Positions 1 to 8,865 of a stretch of DNA of 32,536 nt are shown here, piece after piece. Source of the stretch: a virus (taxonomy: Duplodnaviria; Caudoviricetes); the IMG/VR virus record IMGVR_UViG_3300032243_000893, positions 1-32,536 of that record. The stretch is one strand, 5' to 3'. The stretch's first letter is position 1; every line of letters begins with the position of its first letter. The position numbers were made by a program, and so were the translations under genes. Under the pieces are notes generated by a model. It was not told the DNA's origin. It did not search any database and saw only the letters and a program-made list of their open reading frames with translations.

Positions 1-129
1 ATCAATTTTAATCTGTTCCCACATGTCAATGTAGGCTTGATTGGGATCTTCACCCGTTTCTTCTGCCCGCTTGATTGCACCTTCTTTTTGAAAGGTATGT
101 CGTTCAGGACTTGATGATACTTTTTTCAT
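1..129 (-). CDS. Hypothetical phage protein, 5' part only (runs off the window edge)
   Basis: Translated by hand from ATG at 129: MKKVSSSPERHTFQKEGAIKRAEETGEDPNQAYIDMWEQIKID..., open to position 1. Lies directly downstream of the tRNA-like RNA on the same strand. Not in the ORF track. Confidence 0.7.
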   Translation of the reverse strand, partial: MKKVSSSPERHTFQKEGAIKRAEETGEDPNQAYIDMWEQIKID

Positions 130-152
130 ATGTATGTAGTCGGTTATTAAAT

Positions 153-270
153 TGGTGTAGACGGCAGGATTCGAACCTGCAAAGGCGCCCAATGGGCTAG
201 CCCCGATCCCTCCGTTCGGCTGGGGGTCAGCTTACTAGGAGGAGGTATACCATGTTCCACTCACGTCCAC
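153..270 (-). ncRNA. Atypical tRNA-like RNA (118 nt; type II/Leu-like scaffold, G3-U70, A73, encoded CCA, expanded anticodon arm)
   Basis: Minus strand has a 7-bp acceptor stem GTGGACG/CGTCTAC followed by A-CCA, a perfect T arm GCAGG-TTCGAAT-CCTGC and a Leu-like D region GTGGAACATGGTATAC. Stem CCTCC/GGAGG closes about 24 nt instead of a 7-nt loop. A long structured variable arm contains GCCC-ATT-GGGC. Confidence 0.85.
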
Positions 271-276
271 GTATAA

Positions 277-305
277 ATTATAACATCATGTGTAAATACT
301 GTCAA
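277..305 (-). promoter_or_regulatory. Consensus sigma70 promoter for the tRNA-like RNA
   Basis: Minus strand TTGACA (305-300), 17-nt spacer ending TGT (extended -10), TATAAT (282-277). The first G of the RNA (270) is 7 nt downstream. Confidence 0.9.
291..298 (+). promoter_or_regulatory. Putative T4-like late promoter motif (TGTAAATA)
   Basis: TAAATA core 6 nt upstream of ATG 305, no Shine-Dalgarno. The same geometry recurs at other unit starts. Confidence 0.55.
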
Positions 306-1267
306 TGCAATTTTCAACCATACCTTTCGAAAAGATTACACATTTTGGACAGCAAACTATGCTGGACCGTCCTTTATTTAATGTCAGTTGGATATTGGGT
401 AGATTTTGTAATTACAAATGTAGCTACTGTTGGCCATATGCTAGAACCGATGTCCCGGATCACCAATCTCTCGAAATATATAAATCTACTGTTGATGAAA
501 TAAAACGTCAAGCACGAGCAAATGGATTCGATCAGTTTCATTGGTCCTTCAGTGGTGGCGAGCCAACGGCATATAAACACTTGCTAGAATTAATCAAACA
601 TTTAGATGACGGTGCATTAACGCCCTATCAAACTGTTCACATGACAACTAATTTGTCACCCGGATCAAAATGGTGGAACACTTGGTGTGCCAATACTGCT
701 TTGTTGCAACGCAGAAGTATTACGGCTAGCTTTCATGCAGAGTTTGCCAAGGAGCAAGAGTTTGGCGACAAATGCTTACAGTTAATGTATGAGCTTGTTC
801 ACGTTACAGTTAATCAAGTTATGGTTCCAGAAAAGTTTTTTGAAACTCTAGAACGCTGTGAACGATTACGTGCTCGTGGAATCAATGTGACTCTTAAACC
901 GCAGAGCAACGATACAGCCACAGCTATTGTGGAAGGTTATACTCCGCAGATGATCGATGTCATGCAGAATGATTTTGAACAGCAGGAAGGTTTTCAGATC
1001 AGATTAACAGATGGCGAGACTGATTACTACATAGATCAGGCAGAACGATTCAATGCGTTAGGGTTCAATAGTTTTACCGATTGGACTTGCAATAGCGGAT
1101 ATCAAAGTGTTATAATAAGAGGTAATGAGGTCAAGCGAGCATACAGTTGCAAAGAGGCATCCTTAGGTACGATAGAAAAATTTACTTTGTTTTCCTCCCC
1201 TAAAATTTGTATAACTGATCGATGTGTCAGTAGTGCTGATAGTAAAATACCTAAAACTAGAATATGA
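305..1267 (+). CDS. Radical SAM protein with C-terminal Cys-rich (twitch-like) extension, subfamily A
   Basis: CNYKCSYC motif, SFSGGEP, TTN, C-terminal WTCNSG...SC...CITDRC. Confidence 0.9.
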   Translation: MQFSTIPFEKITHFGQQTMLDRPLFNVSWILGRFCNYKCSYCWPYARTDVPDHQSLEIYKSTVDEIKRQARANGFDQFHWSFSGGEPTAYKHLLELIKHLDDGALTPYQTVHMTTNLSPGSKWWNTWCANTALLQRRSITASFHAEFAKEQEFGDKCLQLMYELVHVTVNQVMVPEKFFETLERCERLRARGINVTLKPQSNDTATAIVEGYTPQMIDVMQNDFEQQEGFQIRLTDGETDYYIDQAERFNALGFNSFTDWTCNSGYQSVIIRGNEVKRAYSCKEASLGTIEKFTLFSSPKICITDRCVSSADSKIPKTRI

Positions 1268-2265
1268 ACATTGTTAGTGTAGAAAATAATTGGGATGATA
1301 ATACTCTTAGAATAGATATCAATCTAGGAAATATTTGCAACTATAAATGTTGGTACTGCTGGCCGGGTTCGCATGAAGGTACAGACTACTGGCCCGATTT
1401 GGAATTAATAAAAAAGAATACATCGCATCTCATTAATCATTACAAGAATAATTCAAATAAAACTGTATTTGATTTTCATTTTGTAGGCGGCGAGCCCACA
1501 CACTGGCCTAAGCTAGTTGACTATGTGAAGTTTTTAAAAGACAATTTTAACTGTTTGATATCGATGACTTCTAACGGTTCTAAGAAAATTGAATTTTGGA
1601 AAAAGATTGTACCATACTTTGATAGAGTACACCTAAGCGGACATAATGAATTTATGAACGTAGAACAATTTCGAGATGTGGCCGATTTATTATATGAACA
1701 CAATGTGATTGTATCTGTTTCTATGATGATGGATCCGATGGCATGGGACAGATGCATCGAGATCGTTGACTATCTTAAAAAGAGCAGACGCTCTTGGACT
1801 ATTAGATATGTTGAACTTATAGGCGATAATATCACATACACCGAAGAACAAAAAACTGTATTGAAAAAATTCAAAGCCAGACGTGCAAACATATTTTGGT
1901 TTTTTAAAAATAACAAACATTACAGAAGTAAAGTCAAGGTCATCGATGATAGAGGGAAATCTCATAATTTTCACGACAACGAAATATTGCTTAAAAAAAT
2001 TAATCAGTTTAACGGATGGAAATGCAGTGTAGGAGTCGATTGGGTACACATAAGTCGTCAGGGAGAAATTTCAGGCACATGCGGTCAAATTCCTTTTGGA
2101 GAGTTGTCGTATTTTAATTTTTATTCTGAAAACTTCGAAAGTGAATTCAAACCAGTTTTGCAGTATTCAACTTGTGCAAATGTTGCTTGTTGGTGCGGCA
2201 TCGAAACCAATATGAAGAAATACAAAATAGATAACAAAAAGGTAATACCCATATATGTTAATTGA
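1264..2265 (+). CDS. Radical SAM protein with C-terminal Cys-rich extension, subfamily A
   Basis: CNYKCWYC, FVGGEPT, TSNG, WKCSVG...GTC...CANVACWC. ATGA overlap with the upstream gene. Confidence 0.9.
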   Translation: MNIVSVENNWDDNTLRIDINLGNICNYKCWYCWPGSHEGTDYWPDLELIKKNTSHLINHYKNNSNKTVFDFHFVGGEPTHWPKLVDYVKFLKDNFNCLISMTSNGSKKIEFWKKIVPYFDRVHLSGHNEFMNVEQFRDVADLLYEHNVIVSVSMMMDPMAWDRCIEIVDYLKKSRRSWTIRYVELIGDNITYTEEQKTVLKKFKARRANIFWFFKNNKHYRSKVKVIDDRGKSHNFHDNEILLKKINQFNGWKCSVGVDWVHISRQGEISGTCGQIPFGELSYFNFYSENFESEFKPVLQYSTCANVACWCGIETNMKKYKIDNKKVIPIYVN

Positions 2266-2860
2266 CACAGAACACCTGCACTACTGGATGCAGGCCATTC
2301 GACAAAGTGAAAACCCTGTGCGCACTATGGATGCTTTCTGGCAGGGTCAGCTTAAAAGTAAAGAATGGTTAATTGAAGCACTAAGTATGCAGTTCTCAGT
2401 CAAGGACGATCCAGTCAGCATTGAAATACATGGAGGCTGGGTAGGTGTATTGGCCAGTATACTATTCCAAAGCAGTATCCCGATTAAACGAATATACAGT
2501 CTTGATATAGATCCTACTTGCGAATCTATTGCTACTATGATGAACAAGGGTGAAGAAATACAAGGTAGATTCCAAGCAGGTACTGGAGACATGTGTAATC
2601 TGATATCATTTGTCGATGTTGTAATCAATACCAGCTGTGAACACATATCACAGGAACAATATGAAACATGGCTTGGTAAACGTACAAATAGCCAATTGCT
2701 AGTTTTACAAAGTAACAACTATGACATTCCAGAGCATGTCCGTATAGCTAATAGTTTACAAGAATTTAAAGAACAAAGTCACATAAAGGTGCTATGGGCA
2801 GGGGAACTTGAACTACCATTGTATACACGTTATATGATAATAGGGAAACAGGATGTATAA
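2255..2860 (+). CDS. Putative class I SAM-dependent methyltransferase
   Basis: Gly-rich motif I (IEIHGGWVG), acidic strand end (SLDIDP), GDM, DVVINTSCEH. Confidence 0.65.
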   Translation: MLIDTEHLHYWMQAIRQSENPVRTMDAFWQGQLKSKEWLIEALSMQFSVKDDPVSIEIHGGWVGVLASILFQSSIPIKRIYSLDIDPTCESIATMMNKGEEIQGRFQAGTGDMCNLISFVDVVINTSCEHISQEQYETWLGKRTNSQLLVLQSNNYDIPEHVRIANSLQEFKEQSHIKVLWAGELELPLYTRYMIIGKQDV

Positions 2861-3944
2861 GTATTCAGACATCACACGAGTAGAGTTTGAATTATCATCA
2901 AACTGTCAAGCGGCATGTCCCATGTGCGCAAGAAATATACATGGCGGGCAAGATAATCCTAGTTTACCAATTAGTGATATAGACCTTGTATTCTTTAAAA
3001 AACTAGCCCCGCCTGATTTTATACAACAGCTAAAGAATATTTCACTATGTGGTAATTTCGGTGATCCGCTGTTGAACAAGGAACTATTAGAGATATGCGA
3101 ATATATTTCAGAATCTAATCCTGACGTTAGATTAGATTTGCATACTAATGCTAGTATGAGATCCAGAGAGTGGTGGGGCAGACTAGCATCAGTGTTACCC
3201 AAAGGACATGTTGTGCATTTTGGTATCGATGGTCTAGAAGATACTCATTCGCTATACAGGATCAATACTTCTTTCACCAAGATAATTGAAAATGCCAAGG
3301 CATTTATATCTGCCGGTGGTATTGCTCGCTGGAACTTTATTACATTTAAACATAACGAACATCAACTGGAACACGCAAGGCAGTTGGCCAAGGACTTAGG
3401 CTTTGCCAGCTTTCATGAAAAACAAACAAGTAGATTTATTGGAAACCCTTGGTTTGATGTTTGGGACAAAGATGGTAATACATTATACAAGTTAGAAAAC
3501 CCTAGCGAACAAAAGATAGTTTTTATAGAAAGATCAGCAGTAGATAACTATCGTCAGTTGGTCACCGAATCTGTTATATCATGTGAGGTCGAAAGTACTA
3601 AAAGTATATTCGTAGATGCACAGGGATACCTCTGGCCCTGTTGCTTTGTGGGCGGCGCACCCTATCACTATACTGATCCTAAGTTTCTTGTACACGATTA
3701 TAGAACACATAATCTAGATATGGTTAACAAAGCCTTAGATCATTTCGGCGGTATGGAAGGTATAAACCTACGCACACATTCTATCAAAGATATAGTAGAC
3801 AGCGTTGAATGGCAGTCTGTATGGGACGCTAGCTTTACAGGAGATAAGATACCAGTATGTGCTAGAACATGTGGTAAATTTAATCAACCAGTTGTCAGTC
3901 AATGTCGTGATCAGTTCTTAGACTTAGATGTGTTCAATGACTAA
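2853..3944 (+). CDS. Radical SAM/SPASM-twitch protein, subfamily B
   Basis: CQAACPMC, CGNFGDP, HTNAS, FGIDG, C-terminal C...DAQGYLWPCC...CARTC. Confidence 0.9.
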   Translation: MYKYSDITRVEFELSSNCQAACPMCARNIHGGQDNPSLPISDIDLVFFKKLAPPDFIQQLKNISLCGNFGDPLLNKELLEICEYISESNPDVRLDLHTNASMRSREWWGRLASVLPKGHVVHFGIDGLEDTHSLYRINTSFTKIIENAKAFISAGGIARWNFITFKHNEHQLEHARQLAKDLGFASFHEKQTSRFIGNPWFDVWDKDGNTLYKLENPSEQKIVFIERSAVDNYRQLVTESVISCEVESTKSIFVDAQGYLWPCCFVGGAPYHYTDPKFLVHDYRTHNLDMVNKALDHFGGMEGINLRTHSIKDIVDSVEWQSVWDASFTGDKIPVCARTCGKFNQPVVSQCRDQFLDLDVFND

Positions 3945-5235
3945 AACATTTTGCCCCTTACCGTGGATACACCTAGCGACTCGCCCTAATGGTGATGTTC
4001 GTGTATGTTGTACAGCCAACGCTAGTGGTGCTGGCATTGATGATGTTAAAGATGCAGGACTAGTTAAGCAAGACGGTGTGAATATGAACTTACGTGATCA
4101 TACAATAGAGCAGGTTTGGAATTCACAGTTTATGCGAGACACTAGGGTAACTATGTTAGCAGGTGGCACTCCTAGTAGTTGTACTAAATGCTATGCAGAA
4201 GAGGCCAACGGAATTGTCAGCAAAAGACAATGGGAAACTCGTATATGGCAAGACCGTATTGATCTTGATAGCATTGTTGCACAGACTGCAGAAGACGGCA
4301 GTTTACCTGTAAACATTCCTTATTTCGATCTACGCTTGGGTAATATGTGTCAACTTAAATGCATCATGTGTAGTCCACATGATAGTAGTAGTTGGATCAA
4401 AGAATGGAAAGCACAGTACCCAAAGTATAAAACTATTGAACTTAAAAAAGATCAAGAATGGAATATAGACTTTGATTACACTTGGTATCAAAAAGGTATG
4501 TTCTTAGAAAACATGCGTTCAAACGCACATAACATTCGTGAACTTTACTTTGCCGGAGGCGAGCCTTTATTGATACCCGAACACTATAAAATTTTAGAGT
4601 TTATGGTAGAGACTGGTGCCGCAAAATTATGTGTTGTACGTTATAATTCTAATGGGCTAGAACTACCTGAAAAGTTATTTGAATTGTGGAAACACTTTAA
4701 AGAAGTCAAGTTTAACTTTAGCATAGATACTGTAGGAGAACGTAATGATTATATTAGGTATCCTAGCAAGTGGAGTGATGTTGTTGCTAACTTAGAACGT
4801 CTAGATGATACACCAAATAATATTACAGTAAATATTGCCTGTGCTGTACAACTATTAAATGTGTTAACTGTACCAGAATTAGTCTATTGGAAAGAAAGCA
4901 AAAACTTTAAAAAGATCAATCTGCCTCCCTACGGTGCCGGATTGATCGGTACGCATCTAGTTTATTTGCCTAGTTATTTAAATGTTCGAGTGTTGCCTAA
5001 ACATTTAAAAGATCAAGTGGCAAGGCAAATAGAATATTTTTGTTCACGTAAATCTATGGACATAGAATTTATATCTAACCCATATGGATTAAAACGTTGG
5101 CAAGGACTAGTACAATATATGATGGCAGAAGATTGGTCTAACAAATTGCCCATCTTAGAAGATTATCTAACTGTTACAGATACCCATCGGGGTACAGACT
5201 TTAGAAAAGTTTTTCCAGAGCTTGCTAGCTTATAA
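3937..5235 (+). CDS. Radical SAM protein with N-terminal twitch/SPASM-like domain, subfamily C
   Basis: N-terminal FCPLPW...GDVRVCC...CTKC, then CQLKCIMC, FAGGEP, SNG, SID. Start moved to ATG 3937, which overlaps the upstream stop and matches the paralogue start KTFC. Confidence 0.88.
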   Translation: MTKTFCPLPWIHLATRPNGDVRVCCTANASGAGIDDVKDAGLVKQDGVNMNLRDHTIEQVWNSQFMRDTRVTMLAGGTPSSCTKCYAEEANGIVSKRQWETRIWQDRIDLDSIVAQTAEDGSLPVNIPYFDLRLGNMCQLKCIMCSPHDSSSWIKEWKAQYPKYKTIELKKDQEWNIDFDYTWYQKGMFLENMRSNAHNIRELYFAGGEPLLIPEHYKILEFMVETGAAKLCVVRYNSNGLELPEKLFELWKHFKEVKFNFSIDTVGERNDYIRYPSKWSDVVANLERLDDTPNNITVNIACAVQLLNVLTVPELVYWKESKNFKKINLPPYGAGLIGTHLVYLPSYLNVRVLPKHLKDQVARQIEYFCSRKSMDIEFISNPYGLKRWQGLVQYMMAEDWSNKLPILEDYLTVTDTHRGTDFRKVFPELASL

Positions 5236-6015
5236 TCTGTCTATATTTGGACGATTGTATATAGTTGACATATTCCAATTAGCAAGCTCTGGATTTAACT
5301 GAGCATCGGGCCATACACATTGTAAGTAATAAAAATGCTCTGCAGGTGTTGGATGAGGGTCGTCTGTTTCCTTAAACAGTCCAACACCATACATTGATTT
5401 ATTAAATGAATAGAATACATCTCGGTATGTGTTTATGACATCTAAGTGTTTAACGTTACGTGGTACATACGTAGGATCACTAAGGTTGTCACTTTGCTGT
5501 ATCCAAAGATCGTTGCCTGCTTGTTTGTTTATTAGAAACTTAGCAAGTTGTATAGGACTAGCATCAAATGTAGTTAACGGTGCCCAATTTAAAAATGTCC
5601 AGTCGCAACCTCTATTAACAAGTAGTTCTCGTGTAGCTTTGATTGATCCTAAGTCTCTAATAAGATTGCTACGATCGTTACCTGCAAACTTAGTAGTCCA
5701 TTCTTTGCCGTATAAGTTTATTAAGTTGTTTGGAGTAGCATCTTGCCAATATCCATTGTGATATCGATCTTCTCGATTTGCTTTCGTCCACATTATAATT
5801 ACTAGGTCGTCTTTAGTAAAATTATGTTTTGCATCGCACTCCATTACAGAGTTAAAGATAAATTGATTACCGCGGCCAGCCCATCCCCAGTTACTATAGT
5901 AGGGAATACTGCTACCTAGTATGTCGGCCCATGTCGGCCACTTATAGTGTGTAAATGAACATCCAAATGCAAAGAATCGTTTATACTTAGAAGGATTAAG
6001 TGTTTGTAGGTGCAT
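5230..6015 (-). CDS. SGNH/GDSL-like hydrolase or acyltransferase
   Basis: RFFAFGCSFT block I, GxGN, C-terminal DPHPT. Clear paralogue of 13117-13896. Likely start is ATG 6015 (track start 6063). Confidence 0.6.
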   Translation of the reverse strand: MHLQTLNPSKYKRFFAFGCSFTHYKWPTWADILGSSIPYYSNWGWAGRGNQFIFNSVMECDAKHNFTKDDLVIIMWTKANREDRYHNGYWQDATPNNLINLYGKEWTTKFAGNDRSNLIRDLGSIKATRELLVNRGCDWTFLNWAPLTTFDASPIQLAKFLINKQAGNDLWIQQSDNLSDPTYVPRNVKHLDVINTYRDVFYSFNKSMYGVGLFKETDDPHPTPAEHFYYLQCVWPDAQLNPELANWNMSTIYNRPNIDRL

Positions 6016-6907
6016 ACTTTGTAAGAGGAATGTCTGCCGCGCAGGTACAGAAATTACGGTCACAAGTTACGGGTTCGCTAGGTGCAACGAAGTTACCTTC
6101 ATATATGTTGCCTAGACTACCACCGACTCTACAAGTCGCTCTGTGTACATCTCCGTCCCAATTTATCATTAGGCTTTCTATACCTGCGTTGCAAGTCCAA
6201 CCATTAAATTTATTTTGATGATTCTTAATCATATCGTTGGCATGATATGATAGTTGAGCATATTCATTATTCAACCATACTACTGTGTTTGCTTCTACAG
6301 TAGATTCACACTCTTTAATAAAATCTAAATCGTTTGTGTTATAACGCATGTCGTCGAACAAATCATGATCACCTTGTGTCCAACGTATGCGGCGCACTGT
6401 ATTCGGAATGTGCTTTAGCAAACATTTAGCACGTAATTCTGTAACTGCATCCATATGATTATGATGTGCCATAATCTGTGCTATCACTTTTACATTGCTG
6501 AACCCTGCAACACTTTCAACAGTATTATACACACGTTTCCAATCATACTCTAAGTGTATACTGAATACATATTGATTAACAGGAAGGCTGACATAAAACT
6601 CGTAGGGTAAAGTTCCGTTGCTAGTTACACTGATCCAAGTGATGCCTTTAAATTTACAGTACTTAACCAGCTCATCAAATTTAGGATGTACACAGGGTTC
6701 GCCACCTGTAAAACTAAGACGTATAGGTTTTCCCAATGTTATTAATTTATCCACAGTAGCCTTGAGTATTTCTATATCAGTGTGCGGACTAGTGTTATCA
6801 TGTATACTTGCAGGACAGTAGCTACAATCATAATTACAACGTTTACCAAGGTTCCATTCAATCTTAATACTGCCCTGATGCGGATAGCGACTCGTTACTT
6901 TAAGCAT
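5996..6907 (-). CDS. Radical SAM protein, subfamily A
   Basis: WNLGKRCNYDCSYC, SFTGGEP, TSNG, WTCNAG...ATC...CDRNFCTC. Likely start is ATG 6907, overlapping the upstream stop (track start 7033). Confidence 0.88.
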   Translation of the reverse strand: MLKVTSRYPHQGSIKIEWNLGKRCNYDCSYCPASIHDNTSPHTDIEILKATVDKLITLGKPIRLSFTGGEPCVHPKFDELVKYCKFKGITWISVTSNGTLPYEFYVSLPVNQYVFSIHLEYDWKRVYNTVESVAGFSNVKVIAQIMAHHNHMDAVTELRAKCLLKHIPNTVRRIRWTQGDHDLFDDMRYNTNDLDFIKECESTVEANTVVWLNNEYAQLSYHANDMIKNHQNKFNGWTCNAGIESLMINWDGDVHRATCRVGGSLGNIYEGNFVAPSEPVTCDRNFCTCAADIPLTKYAPTNT

Positions 6908-8159
6908 AGTCTCTAAACTCTGGGGTAACATCAAAAAAACTTTGATCACGTGTTTGATCGAGTCTACGATTAAACTCAACGCAGTCCTGCCACTTTTCAT
7001 TTTGATCCACAGCATTAATATAATTAATAACACCGTTGATTTGTTCCAGTGTGATGTCTAACAAAATAGGATTTTCTTTAACATATTTAAATTCCGGAAC
7101 ACGCAACTTAACAGCTTCAAGGCGTATGATAGCAAGCATCTTTAATTGTAGAGGTAGCACTTGAGCTGATAATACATTAGGGTAATTAACCATATTGGTA
7201 TAAAATACAATTCCCAGTTTATCTAAAAAGTATTCGATCATCTTATCTAAAACTAGTACATTACTAACTTGAACTGCGACTGCTCCTACAACACGGTTGA
7301 TGTTGGGAATAATTTGGATCTCTTTAATGTTTTGAACAACTTGCTTCCAATTACCGTTACCGCGAATGTACTGGTAAACATCACCAATGCCGTCAATGCT
7401 GACATTAACGGCAACGCTTCTAAAATGAGGCCAATAGTCATGTACTGTTCTTCCTTTACTAATACCTAGTGTAGTGCCATTAGTGGCATACTTTATTTCT
7501 ATCTGATGTCCGTACGGTTTTAGCATATCTAATATACGATAGTGCTGTGGATCCATTAAAGGTTCGCCACCGGCAAACTCTACTCGTCTAAAGTATGGTA
7601 ATAGTTTTTCAAATGATTCCCACCAGTTTGGGTTATCTTCAAATTTATCTAAGTAGGGTTTTTTAATTAAATTAAGTTTTCTTACGTTACCTGCAATGTA
7701 GTTATTTTCTTTATCATAAAATTCTTCTACTTGATTCCAATCATTCCAACTGGTACTGTCCGTCGGATTACACATACGGCATTTTAAATTACATAAATTA
7801 TTGAGCTTGATTTCCATTGTTGGAATTTCAAATGGCATCATAAAGTCATGTGTCATTTTACTTAAAGCATCTGGATAGAGATTAATCCTAGCCTCGGGTA
7901 TGATGCCTGCTAGATGTCGTTGTCTGAGACTCTCTACTCCTTGGTCCTCTAGATTAAAACAGGGCGCACATTCTGGCGGACGATCACCCCGTAATACTTG
8001 TCTACGGATTCGTTGCATTGCTTCGCCGTTCCAGTGATACTCTAATGATGCGTCTTGAATAAATCCAATAGGATGACTACGACAGCATACCTTAACGGCT
8101 CCGTCTTCTCTAGTGGCTAATCCGGTAAATGGGTGCATGCAAAACGTTTTACTATTCAT
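6900..8159 (-). CDS. Radical SAM protein with N-terminal twitch/SPASM-like domain, subfamily C
   Basis: FCMHPF...VKVCC...ECAPC, then CNLKCRMC, FAGGEP, TNG, SIDG. Confidence 0.9.
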   Translation of the reverse strand: MNSKTFCMHPFTGLATREDGAVKVCCRSHPIGFIQDASLEYHWNGEAMQRIRRQVLRGDRPPECAPCFNLEDQGVESLRQRHLAGIIPEARINLYPDALSKMTHDFMMPFEIPTMEIKLNNLCNLKCRMCNPTDSTSWNDWNQVEEFYDKENNYIAGNVRKLNLIKKPYLDKFEDNPNWWESFEKLLPYFRRVEFAGGEPLMDPQHYRILDMLKPYGHQIEIKYATNGTTLGISKGRTVHDYWPHFRSVAVNVSIDGIGDVYQYIRGNGNWKQVVQNIKEIQIIPNINRVVGAVAVQVSNVLVLDKMIEYFLDKLGIVFYTNMVNYPNVLSAQVLPLQLKMLAIIRLEAVKLRVPEFKYVKENPILLDITLEQINGVINYINAVDQNEKWQDCVEFNRRLDQTRDQSFFDVTPEFRDYA

Positions 8160-8163
8160 AAAG

Positions 8164-8194
8164 TATTTAACCAGGTTATACTAGCACATAAATA
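8164..8194. promoter_or_regulatory. Divergent pair of T4-like late promoter motifs
   Basis: GTTAAATA on minus (8171-8164), 4 nt before ATG 8159. CATAAATA on plus (8187-8194), 5 nt before ATG 8200. Confidence 0.7.
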
Positions 8195-8199
8195 TTCCT

Positions 8200-8865
8200 A
8201 TGCTAACTCCCACTAATTATACAGTCGATACCAGTTTATTTCAAGAGGTTTGTAGTTCATTACCAAAAGAAGGAATGAAGACAACTATCAATCAACCTAC
8301 TGGTGATTTCTTTTATGATCCGTGGGTTATTAAGGACGAATATAAAGGTACTGTGTGGGAAACTTTATATAATAGTTTACCTGTTATTAAAGGAGAAGCA
8401 AGAATCATTATTTTGGATCCGGGCCAATGTTATCAAGAACATGCAGATATCGATGACAGGTATCATTTGAATATATTAGGTGACAGTAGTTATTTGATTA
8501 ACCTAGTACAAGAAATAATGCACCCACTCGCACAGGATGGCATTTGGTATGATATGGATGCTAGCTTTATACATACCGCAACTAACTTTGGTCGACGTGC
8601 TAGAGTTCAGCTAGTTGTTAGAAAGTTATTAAAGAAGAACAAACTAAAAAATCCAGTTGAAGTATCGCTGGCCACTACTATGGACAATCCTAATTACGCT
8701 AGATTTTTATTTGATAACACAATGAGCCCGTGGTTTAATGACGCAAACAAAGCAGGGGTCATAAACAGTTTTGCACAAGGCAATGTAGCAATCAAGTTTA
8801 ATATAGAGCAAGATAAATTAGAATCCTTTAAACGTATATTGCCAAGCGAGTTTAAAATACTATGA
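8200..8865 (+). CDS. AspH-like/cupin Fe(II)/2OG oxygenase with C-terminal extension
   Basis: ARIIILDPG, HAD(IDDRYH), distal HTATN, RVQLV. Confidence 0.7.
   Translation: MLTPTNYTVDTSLFQEVCSSLPKEGMKTTINQPTGDFFYDPWVIKDEYKGTVWETLYNSLPVIKGEARIIILDPGQCYQEHADIDDRYHLNILGDSSYLINLVQEIMHPLAQDGIWYDMDASFIHTATNFGRRARVQLVVRKLLKKNKLKNPVEVSLATTMDNPNYARFLFDNTMSPWFNDANKAGVINSFAQGNVAIKFNIEQDKLESFKRILPSEFKIL

Noticed and set aside
153-270. tmRNA, or a standard tRNA-Leu(TAG) or tRNA-Tyr(GTA)
   Set aside because: Too short for tmRNA, with no tag ORF and a D-arm-like region present. No register gives a canonical 7-nt anticodon loop.
305-6907. Subfamily A radical SAMs as viperin-like antiviral enzymes (CNYxCxYC and GGEP resemblance)
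   Set aside because: The Cys-rich twitch-like C-termini are not a viperin feature, and the shared motifs are generic to radical SAMs.
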